Source: a virus. From it: a DNA stretch of 64,000 nucleotides. The notes below the pieces were generated by a model. It was not told the origin of the DNA, did no database searches, and saw nothing but the letters and a program-made list of their open reading frames with translations. Below are positions 49,371 through 59,694 of the stretch, piece by piece; positions within the stretch are counted from its first letter, which is position 1, and the number at the start of each line of letters is the position of its first letter. A program made the translations under genes and the position numbers. Where the stretch lies: IMG/VR virus record IMGVR_UViG_3300020165_001964, one strand, 5' to 3'.

Positions 49371-50682
49371 TTTTACCATTACTGATAAGGATACGAATAT
49401 CTATAAAGATACTAATTTCTATTCACAAAAACGAGGACCAGATTCTACAACACAACAACAAATTGATGGTGTTCAGTTCTTACATAACTTACTACATATT
49501 ACAGGTGATGTAAACCATCAACCACTTACTGATGATGATATAGTTTGTGTGATGAATGGTGAGATTTATAATTACAATGAGTTTGGTGATTACAAAAGTG
49601 ATGCAGATTGTATCATACCATTATACAAAGAATATGGATTAGAGTTTGCAAAAAAATTAGATGGTGAATTTGCTATCGTGGTTATTGATTTTAAAAGAAG
49701 AAGAATTAATTTAATCAATGATACCTTTGCTACAAAACCATTATGGTTTACCTTTGAGAATTCAAACTTTGGTATTGCATCATACGAAAGTTCATTAAAC
49801 GCGTGTGGATTTACTGAAGTAGAAAAAATGTGTGGTAATCAAGCGATAGAATATAACCTGGATACCTTTACAAGAATTAGAAGTATTACACTAACGAGAT
49901 GGGATTTAAATCAACACAAAGATACTTACGATGATTGGGTTACTGCATTTGAAAATTCAATACGAAAAAGAACTCTAAATACAGAACAAGGTATATTTTT
50001 AGGGTTGAGTGCTGGATATGATAGTGGTGCGATAACTTGTGAGTTGACTAAACAAGATGTTGATTTTACTGCATATACTATTTTATCTACAGAGAACAAG
50101 GATGTTATTAATAACAGACATAAAATGATTGTAAGTGGTGATATTATTGAACTTACACAAAATGAGTATGATGAGTTTCAAGCGAGATTAATAACTGATT
50201 GTGAAGAGTTCACATATACTGATAGATTTAAGAACTATAATATCAAGGGTGATAAAGCATCAGTTGGATTGAGTGTAATATGTGATAGAGCAAATTATAA
50301 TGGTGAGAAAATATATTTTTCTGGTCAAGGTGCAGATGAGATTATATCTGATTATGGCTTCAATGGTAATAAAATTTATGACCATAGTTCTTTTGGTGGT
50401 AAATTCCCTACAGATTTAGATGGATTCTTTCCATGGCATAGTTTTTATGATGGAACTCAAGTACAATATTTAAATAAAGAAGAATATGTTGCTGGTTCGT
50501 TTGGTATTGAAACAAGATATCCATTTTTAGATAAGCAATTAGTACAAGAGTTTTTATGGTTAACACCAGAATTAAAAAATAAATCGTATAAGGCACCACT
50601 TCAACACTATTTATCTAAGAATGATTTTCCATTTGAGGATGGAAAGAAAACAGGTTTTCAAGCAGATAGGAATTTACTATGA
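49363..50682 (+). CDS. Asparagine synthetase-like Ntn amidotransferase
   Basis: N-terminal MC, RGPD, NGEIYNY, LDGEFA, LSAGYDS, SGQGADE and RYPFLD. Confidence 0.88.
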   Translation: MCSFTITDKDTNIYKDTNFYSQKRGPDSTTQQQIDGVQFLHNLLHITGDVNHQPLTDDDIVCVMNGEIYNYNEFGDYKSDADCIIPLYKEYGLEFAKKLDGEFAIVVIDFKRRRINLINDTFATKPLWFTFENSNFGIASYESSLNACGFTEVEKMCGNQAIEYNLDTFTRIRSITLTRWDLNQHKDTYDDWVTAFENSIRKRTLNTEQGIFLGLSAGYDSGAITCELTKQDVDFTAYTILSTENKDVINNRHKMIVSGDIIELTQNEYDEFQARLITDCEEFTYTDRFKNYNIKGDKASVGLSVICDRANYNGEKIYFSGQGADEIISDYGFNGNKIYDHSSFGGKFPTDLDGFFPWHSFYDGTQVQYLNKEEYVAGSFGIETRYPFLDKQLVQEFLWLTPELKNKSYKAPLQHYLSKNDFPFEDGKKTGFQADRNLL

Positions 50683-51497
50683 TTAATATTATAATGTCGG
50701 AGTTTGGTGATAGGAGAGTTAATAGAGGTGGTGGTAACTTTGGAGATTTACATAGATTAGACCCATCAGTAACTTCATTTAGTTCATGGTTTCGTACTGA
50801 TGAACTAAAGTTGACTGTATATTCAGATTACGAAATAGATGTTTCAGGTTTTGATATTGAAACAGAGGTAAAGGTTGTTGATAAAATATCATCTGGACAT
50901 AGAAGTGGTTATCACGCTGCAGATTACTACAAGTTCTATGGTATGTTAAAATCACCATACGAAACTGCTATCGCAATGGATAATGATATGGTTACAATGA
51001 GTAAGGCGGTTAGAACACTACCTTACCTTGCAAAGAAGTTTGGTATTTGTTTACCAATAAATCCAAGATTGTTGGTTAATCTTGATAGTACAAAAGGTGA
51101 TGATAGTAATTACGATATTAAGGAAGATAAAAGTAATGGTTGGGGGTTAACTTATAATTTAACACCAATGGCATGTAATCCACACGACCTACGAACAAAG
51201 AAGTTATTAACATCAGTATGTGAACACCTACAGAAGAGACAGGGTAGGGGTGCAACTGCAGTGTGGAGAGGAATGAGAGATACTGGTATTACACCAAATA
51301 CTCTATCATTTCATTGGTGTGTATGTGATAGTGGATTAGGAATGTATGCAGACCCACCTGCTGGAAATGTAGTTGGTATTAAGAATCCTATCATGTTACA
51401 TATCGGACATGATAAAGTAAAGAATCACTATATCAAGGATTGGGATAGTTTTTGGAATGATACTAAAAGTAGAACTTGGACAGAGGAGTTAACATGA
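50679..51497 (+). CDS. GT-A fold transferase-like protein
   Basis: SPYETAIAMDND (DxD). Confidence 0.55.
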   Translation: MINIIMSEFGDRRVNRGGGNFGDLHRLDPSVTSFSSWFRTDELKLTVYSDYEIDVSGFDIETEVKVVDKISSGHRSGYHAADYYKFYGMLKSPYETAIAMDNDMVTMSKAVRTLPYLAKKFGICLPINPRLLVNLDSTKGDDSNYDIKEDKSNGWGLTYNLTPMACNPHDLRTKKLLTSVCEHLQKRQGRGATAVWRGMRDTGITPNTLSFHWCVCDSGLGMYADPPAGNVVGIKNPIMLHIGHDKVKNHYIKDWDSFWNDTKSRTWTEELT

Positions 51498-52258
51498 AGA
51501 ATGTAGTGTTCATGACATGTTTTGAAAAAGCACCAGATTTTCTTGATTACAAAGAATGGTGTTTTAAAACTTGGAAATATTGGTGTGATAAAAATGATGT
51601 AGAGTTACTAATATTAGAAGATGAATTAAGACCTACAGGTGGTGGAGTATTCAACGATGGTGTTGGAATGAAACCAACATGGCAGAGATGGCATGTGTGG
51701 GATGTATTAGAAGCAAATGATATAGATGCCGATAATGTTGCGTTAGTTGATATTGATACGATGATTCATTGGGATTGTCCTAACTTCTTTGATGCAGCAG
51801 GTGGAGAGTTTGGTTGTGTACAAGATAAGTTCTTCTTAGAGTGGACTATTAATAGTATTAATGGATATCAAGATATGTTCCCTAATGTAAAGTTTGATTG
51901 GACTACATACTTTAATTGTGGATTTATCGTATTGAATAAAAAACACAAAGAATGGGCAAAAGGAGTTACTGATTTCTATTATGAAAATGAACTTGAGTTC
52001 AAAACAAGACAACACAAGACTGTGAAGAAAGGTTCAGACCAAACACCTATTAACTACATGATTCGTGATAGTGAACATCCAATTGCGTATTTGGATGAAC
52101 GATATAATTTACAACAATTACACATTAGGGGTATATTGAATCCAATGATTACAGAAGCAGGGTGGATATGGCACTTCAATGGGTTTGATAAACAACAACG
52201 AAATAAACTAATGGGACAGGTTTGGGATATGGTAAAGGATAACTATGAAACTAACTAA
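51494..52258 (+). CDS. GT8-like glycosyltransferase
   Basis: VDIDT, YFNCG, DQTPIN, YN and WHF. Confidence 0.78.
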   Translation: MKNVVFMTCFEKAPDFLDYKEWCFKTWKYWCDKNDVELLILEDELRPTGGGVFNDGVGMKPTWQRWHVWDVLEANDIDADNVALVDIDTMIHWDCPNFFDAAGGEFGCVQDKFFLEWTINSINGYQDMFPNVKFDWTTYFNCGFIVLNKKHKEWAKGVTDFYYENELEFKTRQHKTVKKGSDQTPINYMIRDSEHPIAYLDERYNLQQLHIRGILNPMITEAGWIWHFNGFDKQQRNKLMGQVWDMVKDNYETN

Positions 52259-53309
52259 TAAGTTTGCGATAGGATGTTTAGTACAATTCTATGAGATAGA
52301 TATCATTAGAGATTATTTAGTAAGTGTAAAAAAATCATTAGATAATGTAGAAAATAAAGACAATGTGATTATTGATATTTGTTTTAATTTGAATCAAGGT
52401 TTAGAAAAGGTTGATAAAAACAAAATATCAGTTGGTGAACTAAGAGATAAATTCAGAGTAATACTAAAAGAGGTATTTGGTTATGACCACCGCTATAATG
52501 ATGCACAAAACTACACTATAAACTTAGTAGAACATGATACCAATGGTGGTGATACGATAGAAGAGATTTATACTATTGCAGATTATAGAAGAGAGTTTAA
52601 TGAAAAATATTGTGAACAAGTTGATGTATTGATGTGGGGAGAAAGTGATGCGTTAATACCATCACAAACTTGGGAAGTATTAGATAACTTACATCTGGCA
52701 TCACAGAATAATGGTGTTCACAAGTATGTTAGTTTCTTTGCTACTTGTAAGATGTGGGATGATACTTGGAAGATATTAGAACATCCAGATTTTACAGATA
52801 AACCATTCATAGAGATGGATACAGAGAATTGGTGGAGTTTGAGATATAATATGAACCAAGATGAAATGGATGAGATTAATGATAGAACTGAAGAATTAGA
52901 TATACAACAAACAACACAATTAAAATTTAATGGGTGTGGTTTAGTGATTTCATCAGATGTAATTAAGAGTGGAGCAAATATTCCAAAGAGTGTATTTTTT
53001 GTACACGAGGATACTGCGTTCATGAATAATTGTTTGATACACTTTAGAAATCAATTACCACAATATATTATTAAGAACATTCTATTAGTACATAATAGGA
53101 AGTTAGAAAACAAGAGAATGTATGTACAAGGACAAGATTTCTCAGATGGTGATATGACGAGAATGAGAAAACAACAATATTGGTTTCCAAATGCCGATAA
53201 GATGAGTCAAAAAAATGCATTCAACACAACAGAACAAGGATATACATATTCATGGGAAGATGTATTTAGGGAGTTTGAAAATGGGAGCAATACACAGAGT
53301 AATACCTGA
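52245..53309 (+). CDS. Putative glycosyltransferase
   Basis: GESDAL and HEDTAF, inside the GT island. Confidence 0.5.
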   Translation: MKLTNKFAIGCLVQFYEIDIIRDYLVSVKKSLDNVENKDNVIIDICFNLNQGLEKVDKNKISVGELRDKFRVILKEVFGYDHRYNDAQNYTINLVEHDTNGGDTIEEIYTIADYRREFNEKYCEQVDVLMWGESDALIPSQTWEVLDNLHLASQNNGVHKYVSFFATCKMWDDTWKILEHPDFTDKPFIEMDTENWWSLRYNMNQDEMDEINDRTEELDIQQTTQLKFNGCGLVISSDVIKSGANIPKSVFFVHEDTAFMNNCLIHFRNQLPQYIIKNILLVHNRKLENKRMYVQGQDFSDGDMTRMRKQQYWFPNADKMSQKNAFNTTEQGYTYSWEDVFREFENGSNTQSNT

Positions 53310-53670
53310 TGATAGACCAGGACAAGTGTGGTGGTTTCATGGAAACAGCGGAAGTGGAAAGACAAACATAGCTTTAAAGTTTGATGTACCTAATAAGATA
53401 GTATTAGATGCAGATGATTTCAGAGAAAGTGTTTGGGATGATTTGGGTTTTGATGAAAAAAGTAGAAGAAAACAGAACGATAGGTTAGCGAGGATAGCAA
53501 GAGTGTTATGGGTACAAGGGAAAAATGTAGTTATAGCATCTATATGTCCATACGCAAACCAAAGAAAACAGATAAGGAACGAGATACTACCTGATGTTAA
53601 GTGGATTTATGTCAATAGTAAAGATAGTAAACCATCAACAAAAGAGTATCCATTCGAAGAAGGCTGGTAG
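53281..53670 (+). CDS. cysC: Adenylylsulfate (APS) kinase-like protein
   Basis: WFHGNSGSGKT, LDADDFR, LGFDEKSR, VIASICPY and PFEE. Confidence 0.8.
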   Translation: MGAIHRVIPDDRPGQVWWFHGNSGSGKTNIALKFDVPNKIVLDADDFRESVWDDLGFDEKSRRKQNDRLARIARVLWVQGKNVVIASICPYANQRKQIRNEILPDVKWIYVNSKDSKPSTKEYPFEEGW

Positions 53671-54135
53671 ATGTATAAAAAAATGATAGAGTGGTGGAAG
53701 AATATAACATTGGTATTGGCATTACCATTAATGGTGGTTAATACAATGATGGATTATTATAATGGTTGGGAATCAAGGTCGTTAGAAAAAGAAACTGCAT
53801 TGATTCAAAAGCAAAAAGATGATGCATTCCGATACCACTCGCATCATTTTTTAGATAGTTATTATGTTACAAAAGATGTTGATGGTAATACGATTAAGAT
53901 ACTTGAACACCAAAAAGGTGATGTAATTCTACCAGAATTTTCAGGTACTTTTGATTTCTTAAAAGAGTATGATGAAACACCACAAGTAAAGGTTGATAAT
54001 GTATTAACCAAAGTATTTAAACCAATACAGAATGTAGTGGGTAAAGTTACAAGTTGGTTCAAATGGCATCTATGGGAAAAGTGGATGGATAGAAAGAAAA
54101 GAGAAGATTTGATTGAGAAAGGATTAAGAGGATGA
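53671..54135 (+). CDS. Hypothetical protein with N-terminal hydrophobic segment
   Basis: ITLVLALPLMVV. Confidence 0.55.
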   Translation: MYKKMIEWWKNITLVLALPLMVVNTMMDYYNGWESRSLEKETALIQKQKDDAFRYHSHHFLDSYYVTKDVDGNTIKILEHQKGDVILPEFSGTFDFLKEYDETPQVKVDNVLTKVFKPIQNVVGKVTSWFKWHLWEKWMDRKKREDLIEKGLRG

Positions 54136-54794
54136 CTAATGTAATAGTTGCAATAGATGATGTACATCCAGAAAAAGGTTGGGGAGTTGAGGGTGATGTT
54201 CAAGTACAATACCTTGAAAACCTACATCATAATTTTGGAGTAAAGTTTAATTTATTTGTACCAAGTAATTATCATAACAAGTTTCCAATCACAAAAGAGT
54301 TCGTAGATTTTTGGACACAACACGATTGGATAGAGTTAAGTAATCATGGACACTTTCATGCGTGTAAAAACGAGGGATATGGTGAGATGGAGTTCTTTGA
54401 ATTAAATTATACTGAGGCAGTTCAGAGAATACAAGAGAGTCAAGATTTATGGAAGAGTTGTGGATATACACCAAAAGGATTTAGAGCACCAGGTTGGGGA
54501 GTGAACCAACAATCAGCAGATGCTATCAGTAGTTATTTTGATTGGGTTGCAGGACATGAAGAACATAATAAAGGATTGAATTGGGGATGCCATTTCTTCG
54601 AGGGTTGTGATGGTATAAATGAACCAGATAATTTAAGTTTGTATGGTGATACATTTATGTTTCAATCACATATCAACGGAACACATAATGATAATGTTTG
54701 GAATGAAGAAAATTTCTTGCATTTTGAACGAGTAATTGAATACTTATTATCAGAGTATAGTTTAGAGTTTTTAACAATATCAGAGATAAAATGA
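54132..54794 (+). CDS. Polysaccharide deacetylase-like (NodB fold) protein
   Basis: IDDVHP, NHGHFH and GFRAPGW. Confidence 0.82.
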   Translation: MTNVIVAIDDVHPEKGWGVEGDVQVQYLENLHHNFGVKFNLFVPSNYHNKFPITKEFVDFWTQHDWIELSNHGHFHACKNEGYGEMEFFELNYTEAVQRIQESQDLWKSCGYTPKGFRAPGWGVNQQSADAISSYFDWVAGHEEHNKGLNWGCHFFEGCDGINEPDNLSLYGDTFMFQSHINGTHNDNVWNEENFLHFERVIEYLLSEYSLEFLTISEIK

Positions 54795-55726
54795 AAGTTG
54801 CATTCTTTTCAGAGACATCAATAGAGGGTAAACCACCAAGAACATTCGAGAACGCTCGTACAGAAATTGCGTGGTCAATAGCATTAGATGCTCCATTTTA
54901 TCCATTGAATAAATTACCATTGAAAAAGAAGTTTGATTTGGGTATCGTAATAATACCAAAGAAAAATCCAAGTGTAATGTTGTCACAGATAAGAAAGATG
55001 TGTGATAAAGTTGCAGTAATGCAAGAGGGACCACATTGGTTTTTCCAAGATTATAAAGTTGAATGGCAGTTTCATTATGTGAACACATTATTAGATGCAG
55101 ATATAATGTATTGTCATAATGAATCTGATGTAAACTATTTCTTAGGGTTAGGTTGTAAGGATGTAAGAGTGATGAGAAGTTTGATGATACCAGAGGGACT
55201 AAAACCAAGAACTACAGAGGGTGATTACTTTAAAAATAATGTAAATGGTACAATGATGGGTGGTAACTTTTGTAATTGGTATGGTGGATTTGATTCCTAT
55301 ATGGTGGCAAGAGAGATAGGTAATCCTATATCTGCACCATCAATGGGTAGGAAACAAGAACAAGAAGATTCAATAGAAGATATAAATTATTTAAATTATA
55401 TGAATTGGAGAGAGTGGATAGATAAATTATCAGAGTATAATATAGGTGTTCATTTAATGAGAACACACGCAGCAGGAACATTTAGTATGAATTGTGGGTT
55501 TCATGGAATACCTTGTATTGGATATAAAGGATTAGATACACAAGAATTATTACATCCATTAACCACAGTCGAAGTTGGTGATTTGGATGAGGCAAAAAGA
55601 ATAGGAAGAAAACTACAAGAATCTGAGAAGTTTTATAACTTATGTAGTGAAACTATCAGAAAAAGATTTAATGAATATTATACAGAGAAGGCATGGAAAA
55701 CAAATTGGAAGGCGACAAACAAATGA
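54791..55726 (+). CDS. Putative GT-B glycosyltransferase
   Basis: AAGTFSMNCGFHGIPCIG, inside the GT island. Confidence 0.55.
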   Translation: MKVAFFSETSIEGKPPRTFENARTEIAWSIALDAPFYPLNKLPLKKKFDLGIVIIPKKNPSVMLSQIRKMCDKVAVMQEGPHWFFQDYKVEWQFHYVNTLLDADIMYCHNESDVNYFLGLGCKDVRVMRSLMIPEGLKPRTTEGDYFKNNVNGTMMGGNFCNWYGGFDSYMVAREIGNPISAPSMGRKQEQEDSIEDINYLNYMNWREWIDKLSEYNIGVHLMRTHAAGTFSMNCGFHGIPCIGYKGLDTQELLHPLTTVEVGDLDEAKRIGRKLQESEKFYNLCSETIRKRFNEYYTEKAWKTNWKATNK

Positions 55727-56571
55727 ATGTATTAGTAACGGGTGGAGTAGGTTTTATCGGAACGAACCTAATTAAGAGATTATTAAAAGATGGACACAAT
55801 GTAGTTAGTTTGGATAACTATAGTAATGGTAAAGAAGAGAATGAACAAGAGGGTTGTACATATCACAATGTAGATATTAGAGATTGTCTTGATTTTGATT
55901 TCTTTATGGATGATGTAGATATTATATATCACATGGCAGCATTACCAAGAATCCAACCATCATTTGAAGAACCAGAAATAACATTTGAAACCAATGTATT
56001 GGGAACCATGAATATAATGAGTTGGGCAGATAGAAAAAAATGTTCTGTCATATATGCAGGTTCATCATCATCACATGGAGATGTGTTTGCTAATCCATAT
56101 ACATTCTCAAAATCTCAAGGTGAAGAAATGGTGAAGATGTGGAATAAAATCTATGGTGTGAAATCATCAATATGTAGGTTCTATAATGTTTATGGCCCAC
56201 ATCAATTAACAGAGGGAGAATATTGTACTGTCATTGGTATATTTGAAAAACAATTCAAAGATGGTGTAGAGTTAACTATTACAGGTGATGGTGAACAGAG
56301 AAGAGATTTTACTCATGTAGATGATATAGTGGATGGTATAATTAAGTGTGGAGAACAAATAGATGAATCAAATGGTAAAATATTTGAATTGGGTAAAGGT
56401 GAAAATCATTCAATAAATGTAATTGCTCAATCATTTGATGCAGGATATACTTACATCGATGCACGACCTGGTGAAATGAGAGAAACACTTTGTACAGATA
56501 CTTTGGCTCACGAGTTATTAGGTTGGGAGCCCAAGATAGATATATTAGATTACATAGAATCTGTGCGATGA
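55723..56571 (+). CDS. NAD-dependent sugar epimerase/dehydratase
   Basis: VTGGVGFIG, YxxSK, RFYNVYGP and RDFTHVDD. Confidence 0.93.
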   Translation: MNVLVTGGVGFIGTNLIKRLLKDGHNVVSLDNYSNGKEENEQEGCTYHNVDIRDCLDFDFFMDDVDIIYHMAALPRIQPSFEEPEITFETNVLGTMNIMSWADRKKCSVIYAGSSSSHGDVFANPYTFSKSQGEEMVKMWNKIYGVKSSICRFYNVYGPHQLTEGEYCTVIGIFEKQFKDGVELTITGDGEQRRDFTHVDDIVDGIIKCGEQIDESNGKIFELGKGENHSINVIAQSFDAGYTYIDARPGEMRETLCTDTLAHELLGWEPKIDILDYIESVR

Positions 56572-57912
56572 ATGTTATCACAAGAGTTTTTAATTGAGAG
56601 AGGTTATTGTTGTGGACATGGATGTCTCATGTGCCCATATGAACCAAAACACACAAAGGGAAATACAAATATAATGAAACCAATTAGTTTTATAATTCCA
56701 TCAAGGAATAATCTAAAGTATTTGAAACAGGCATACGAAAGTATTCGTACAAACCAATCAGTAGAACATGAGATATGTATTGCAGATGATGCAAGTACAG
56801 ATGGAACTTCTGAATGGGTATTGGTTCAGATGAAAAGAGATAAGAATCTGAAACTTCATATCAACAAAGGACCTGAGAGATTAGGACATACCATATTATA
56901 TGATACATTGATTAATGATTACTCTACACTCGACAGAGTTATGATATTTCATGCTGATATGTATTTAACACCTAATTCAGATAAAGAGATAGATAAATAT
57001 CTAAAAGAGGGTGTTGTAGTATCACTTACAAGAATCGAACCACCTTTACATCCTGATGGGCCAGAGAAAATACTATTGGATTTTGGTATTGAACCAGAAG
57101 AGTTCAAAGAGAAAGAATTATTAGATGCAGTAGATGATATTCAGACTGGTAAAGATGGGTTAAAATATGGCCCACTTGCGTTGAATCGAGATATATCTGA
57201 GGGGATATTTGCTCCATGGGCTATTATGAAAAGTGATTGGGATTATATAGGTGGACATGACCCTATCTTTGCTCCACAATCCAAAGAGGATAGTGATATA
57301 TTCAATAGGTTTCATCTTGCTGGATATAAGTTTGTACAAGTATGGAAAGGGTTAGTATACCATATGACTTGTAGAGGTAGTAGATTTAAAGATGGTGCAA
57401 TAAGAAATCCTGCAGGACAGGTATTCATGAAGAATAGAGAATCAGACGAGTGGTTAAAACAAAATCAGAAATCCACAAGAGAATTTATTCGAAAATGGGG
57501 ACATTTCGTAAAACACGATACGATGATGAAACCAGTAGTACCACCAAAGTATCGTGTTGGATTTGTAGTAGAAAACCTTAATTTGAAATCATTAGAATTA
57601 TTAGAGCCATGGTGTGATAACATATATGGTGATATAGTGGGACACAAGGGTTTTGGTGCAAATCAGTATATAGAGAATGAAAAAACATCATTTGATTTGA
57701 AAAAGAGAATACATTCAGACCATTTTAATCCAACAGATAAAGTGGTGGTTAGGTTTGATGCGGAAAAATTAGACCAAGAACAATTTGACATGATACAAAA
57801 GTTATCCGAGATACTACAAGACAGTGGGGAAATTGGTATATCAGAAATAGGTATATTCAATATTGAAATTAAATCCCTTGAAACAAGAACAGACGAGTTA
57901 ATACGATTATGA
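56572..57912 (+). CDS. GT2 glycosyltransferase with N-terminal Cys-rich (DUF5522-like) mini-domain
   Basis: RGYCCGHGCLMCPY in frame with ISFIIPSRN..DDASTDGT..HADM..EDSD. Confidence 0.8.
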   Translation: MLSQEFLIERGYCCGHGCLMCPYEPKHTKGNTNIMKPISFIIPSRNNLKYLKQAYESIRTNQSVEHEICIADDASTDGTSEWVLVQMKRDKNLKLHINKGPERLGHTILYDTLINDYSTLDRVMIFHADMYLTPNSDKEIDKYLKEGVVVSLTRIEPPLHPDGPEKILLDFGIEPEEFKEKELLDAVDDIQTGKDGLKYGPLALNRDISEGIFAPWAIMKSDWDYIGGHDPIFAPQSKEDSDIFNRFHLAGYKFVQVWKGLVYHMTCRGSRFKDGAIRNPAGQVFMKNRESDEWLKQNQKSTREFIRKWGHFVKHDTMMKPVVPPKYRVGFVVENLNLKSLELLEPWCDNIYGDIVGHKGFGANQYIENEKTSFDLKKRIHSDHFNPTDKVVVRFDAEKLDQEQFDMIQKLSEILQDSGEIGISEIGIFNIEIKSLETRTDELIRL

Positions 57913-58151
57913 CATATTTCATATTAGGTAAGAACGAACCTAAAGAAAACCTAATGTTTGATACAAACATATTGGGTGAAGAGAGTTTAGGTACTTGGTA
58001 TGCAAGTCAAGGTATGGTTGCACTAACCAATATGATTACCCATAGTCCAGAGTCATTAGAAAAGTTTACCATTTTGGATGAAAAAGGAACTATTTATAGT
58101 ATAGAAGAGTTTCTTTCCATAGTGGAAAAATTAAAAATAAAAAGACGTTGA
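57909..58151 (+). CDS. Hypothetical protein
   Basis: 80-aa coupled ORF. Confidence 0.6.
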   Translation: MTYFILGKNEPKENLMFDTNILGEESLGTWYASQGMVALTNMITHSPESLEKFTILDEKGTIYSIEEFLSIVEKLKIKRR

Positions 58152-58177
58152 CTCGTATACACAAAGTTTATTATATT
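58148..58177 (+). promoter_or_regulatory. Sigma70-like early promoter
   Basis: TTGACT-N18-TATATT. Confidence 0.75.
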
Positions 58178-58189
58178 TAGGAGTTATAG

Positions 58190-58351
58190 ATGCCAAAGAT
58201 AGATTGGAGTGATGTTGATTCTTATGAAGAAGAGATATTCAGAGAAAAAGTTGAAAAGAAAGTTAAACCTAAAAAGAAGAGGAAAAGTTATAATGATGTT
58301 AAACAAAGAGAGAATAGCCAGATTAGTAAGAAACATCCTAATCGTAGGTAG
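58190..58351 (+). CDS. 53-aa acidic-then-basic protein (MPKIDWSDVDSYEEE...), not in the ORF track
   Basis: AGGAG RBS directly after the promoter; translated by hand. Confidence 0.65.
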   Translation: MPKIDWSDVDSYEEEIFREKVEKKVKPKKKRKSYNDVKQRENSQISKKHPNRR

Positions 58352-58820
58352 TGTATTTTTCATAGGGTGTGAGGACACCATAAATGATTCGTTTGTAAGT
58401 TATGAATGGGATGCAAGGTTACCTGTGGATGAGAATGGGTATTACCATTTAGAGATGGATAGAAATAACCATCAGACATTACATAGATTATCAGGTGTGG
58501 TTACAGAGAATGGTGAGGCATTAGAAAATTTTCGTGTTACTTGGGAAAGTGATTTATATTGGGTATTAGGAGATACACTTGGGTATATCGTACATAGTGG
58601 ATATACTGATGAGTGGGTTTATGTAGCATATGATACCACCTATGTGACAGGATTTAATGGAGAAGAAGTAAGAACATCGAATTGGGCAAGTTATTCAGAT
58701 TCCTATGGAGAAGTAAACAATATGATTGCACCCGTCAAAACAATGATTGGTGATACATTAAATGTTGGTGCTTATGAAAGAGGGGAACTGATTCATGTGT
58801 TCAGTATCGTATTAGATTAA
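58293..58820 (+). CDS. Lipoprotein
   Basis: Basic N-region, hydrophobic core and lipobox FIG|C; GAGG RBS before 58293. Confidence 0.7.
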   Translation: MMLNKERIARLVRNILIVGSVFFIGCEDTINDSFVSYEWDARLPVDENGYYHLEMDRNNHQTLHRLSGVVTENGEALENFRVTWESDLYWVLGDTLGYIVHSGYTDEWVYVAYDTTYVTGFNGEEVRTSNWASYSDSYGEVNNMIAPVKTMIGDTLNVGAYERGELIHVFSIVLD

Positions 58821-58833
58821 AAGGAGATGAGAG

Positions 58834-59112
58834 TTGAAATACTACTTAGTAAACAAATTAGATGAGATAGCTGATAAAGTAGATATGAGTGATGATGTTG
58901 GTTTAAATGGAGCAAGAACATATTTCATAGGTAGAAAACAAATAGGTGCACGAGAGTTTGATAAATTATGGAAAGTGATGACAAAAGATGAATGGAACAC
59001 CAATTTTAAAAATAACTTACAAGATAGGCAAATGGGTAAGATGAAATATAAATGGTGGGAAGAAGATAAAATTGAAACGGATGAATCCTTAAATGGTAAG
59101 GATGGATTATGA
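58834..59112 (+). CDS. Hypothetical protein
   Basis: AGGAG RBS and TTG start. Confidence 0.6.
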   Translation: MKYYLVNKLDEIADKVDMSDDVGLNGARTYFIGRKQIGAREFDKLWKVMTKDEWNTNFKNNLQDRQMGKMKYKWWEEDKIETDESLNGKDGL

Positions 59113-59222
59113 TAGAAACAATAATAACAATAATTTTTGTATACGCATTCTACAGATTGTGTGTAAATTTAGATAGAGATATATTTGAACAATACAGAGA
59201 TATTGAAAGAGATATAAAATGA
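59109..59222 (+). CDS. 37-aa single-TM protein
   Basis: MIETIITIIFVYAFY; ATGA overlaps at both ends. Confidence 0.55.
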   Translation: MIETIITIIFVYAFYRLCVNLDRDIFEQYRDIERDIK

Positions 59223-59323
59223 CAATTGACCAGATAATAATCACTATTGGTACACTTGGTGTAATAGGAATTTGCTTTTACCATATGTACAAAGATGATT
59301 ATAATGATAAATTTAAGTTTTAG
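59219..59323 (+). CDS. 34-aa single-TM protein
   Basis: MTIDQIIITIGTLGVIGICFY; ATGA overlap. Confidence 0.55.
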   Translation: MTIDQIIITIGTLGVIGICFYHMYKDDYNDKFKF

Positions 59324-59336
59324 ATAGGAGATAGAA

Positions 59337-59630
59337 ATGATAGATAATGTATGGATTGCATTCCTAAGTGGAATGATAGTAGGTAGTTCAGTTGGAATTA
59401 TGGCTTTTGCAATAAGTTTAATCAATAAAGATAATACACTTAGAGGTATAATAGATGAGAACGAAGGCAGAATCAATGATTTAGAGTTGCAAAGGAAATT
59501 ATTAAAGGGTGAAATATTCAGAATGAGTAAGAATTATAAACCAAGAAAACCGCAACCAAGAAATAGAAGACAGAAGTTTCAGAAGAAATATTCTGCATCT
59601 TCTAAGAAAAATCAATCAAAAAAATCATAG
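59337..59630 (+). CDS. Membrane-anchored coiled-coil protein
   Basis: N-terminal TM, heptad region and basic tail. Confidence 0.6.
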   Translation: MIDNVWIAFLSGMIVGSSVGIMAFAISLINKDNTLRGIIDENEGRINDLELQRKLLKGEIFRMSKNYKPRKPQPRNRRQKFQKKYSASSKKNQSKKS

Positions 59631-59694
59631 ATTTTTTTACATAGTTTTTATATATACAATACTTATTAGTGTATGGAAAATATAGGAACTACAC

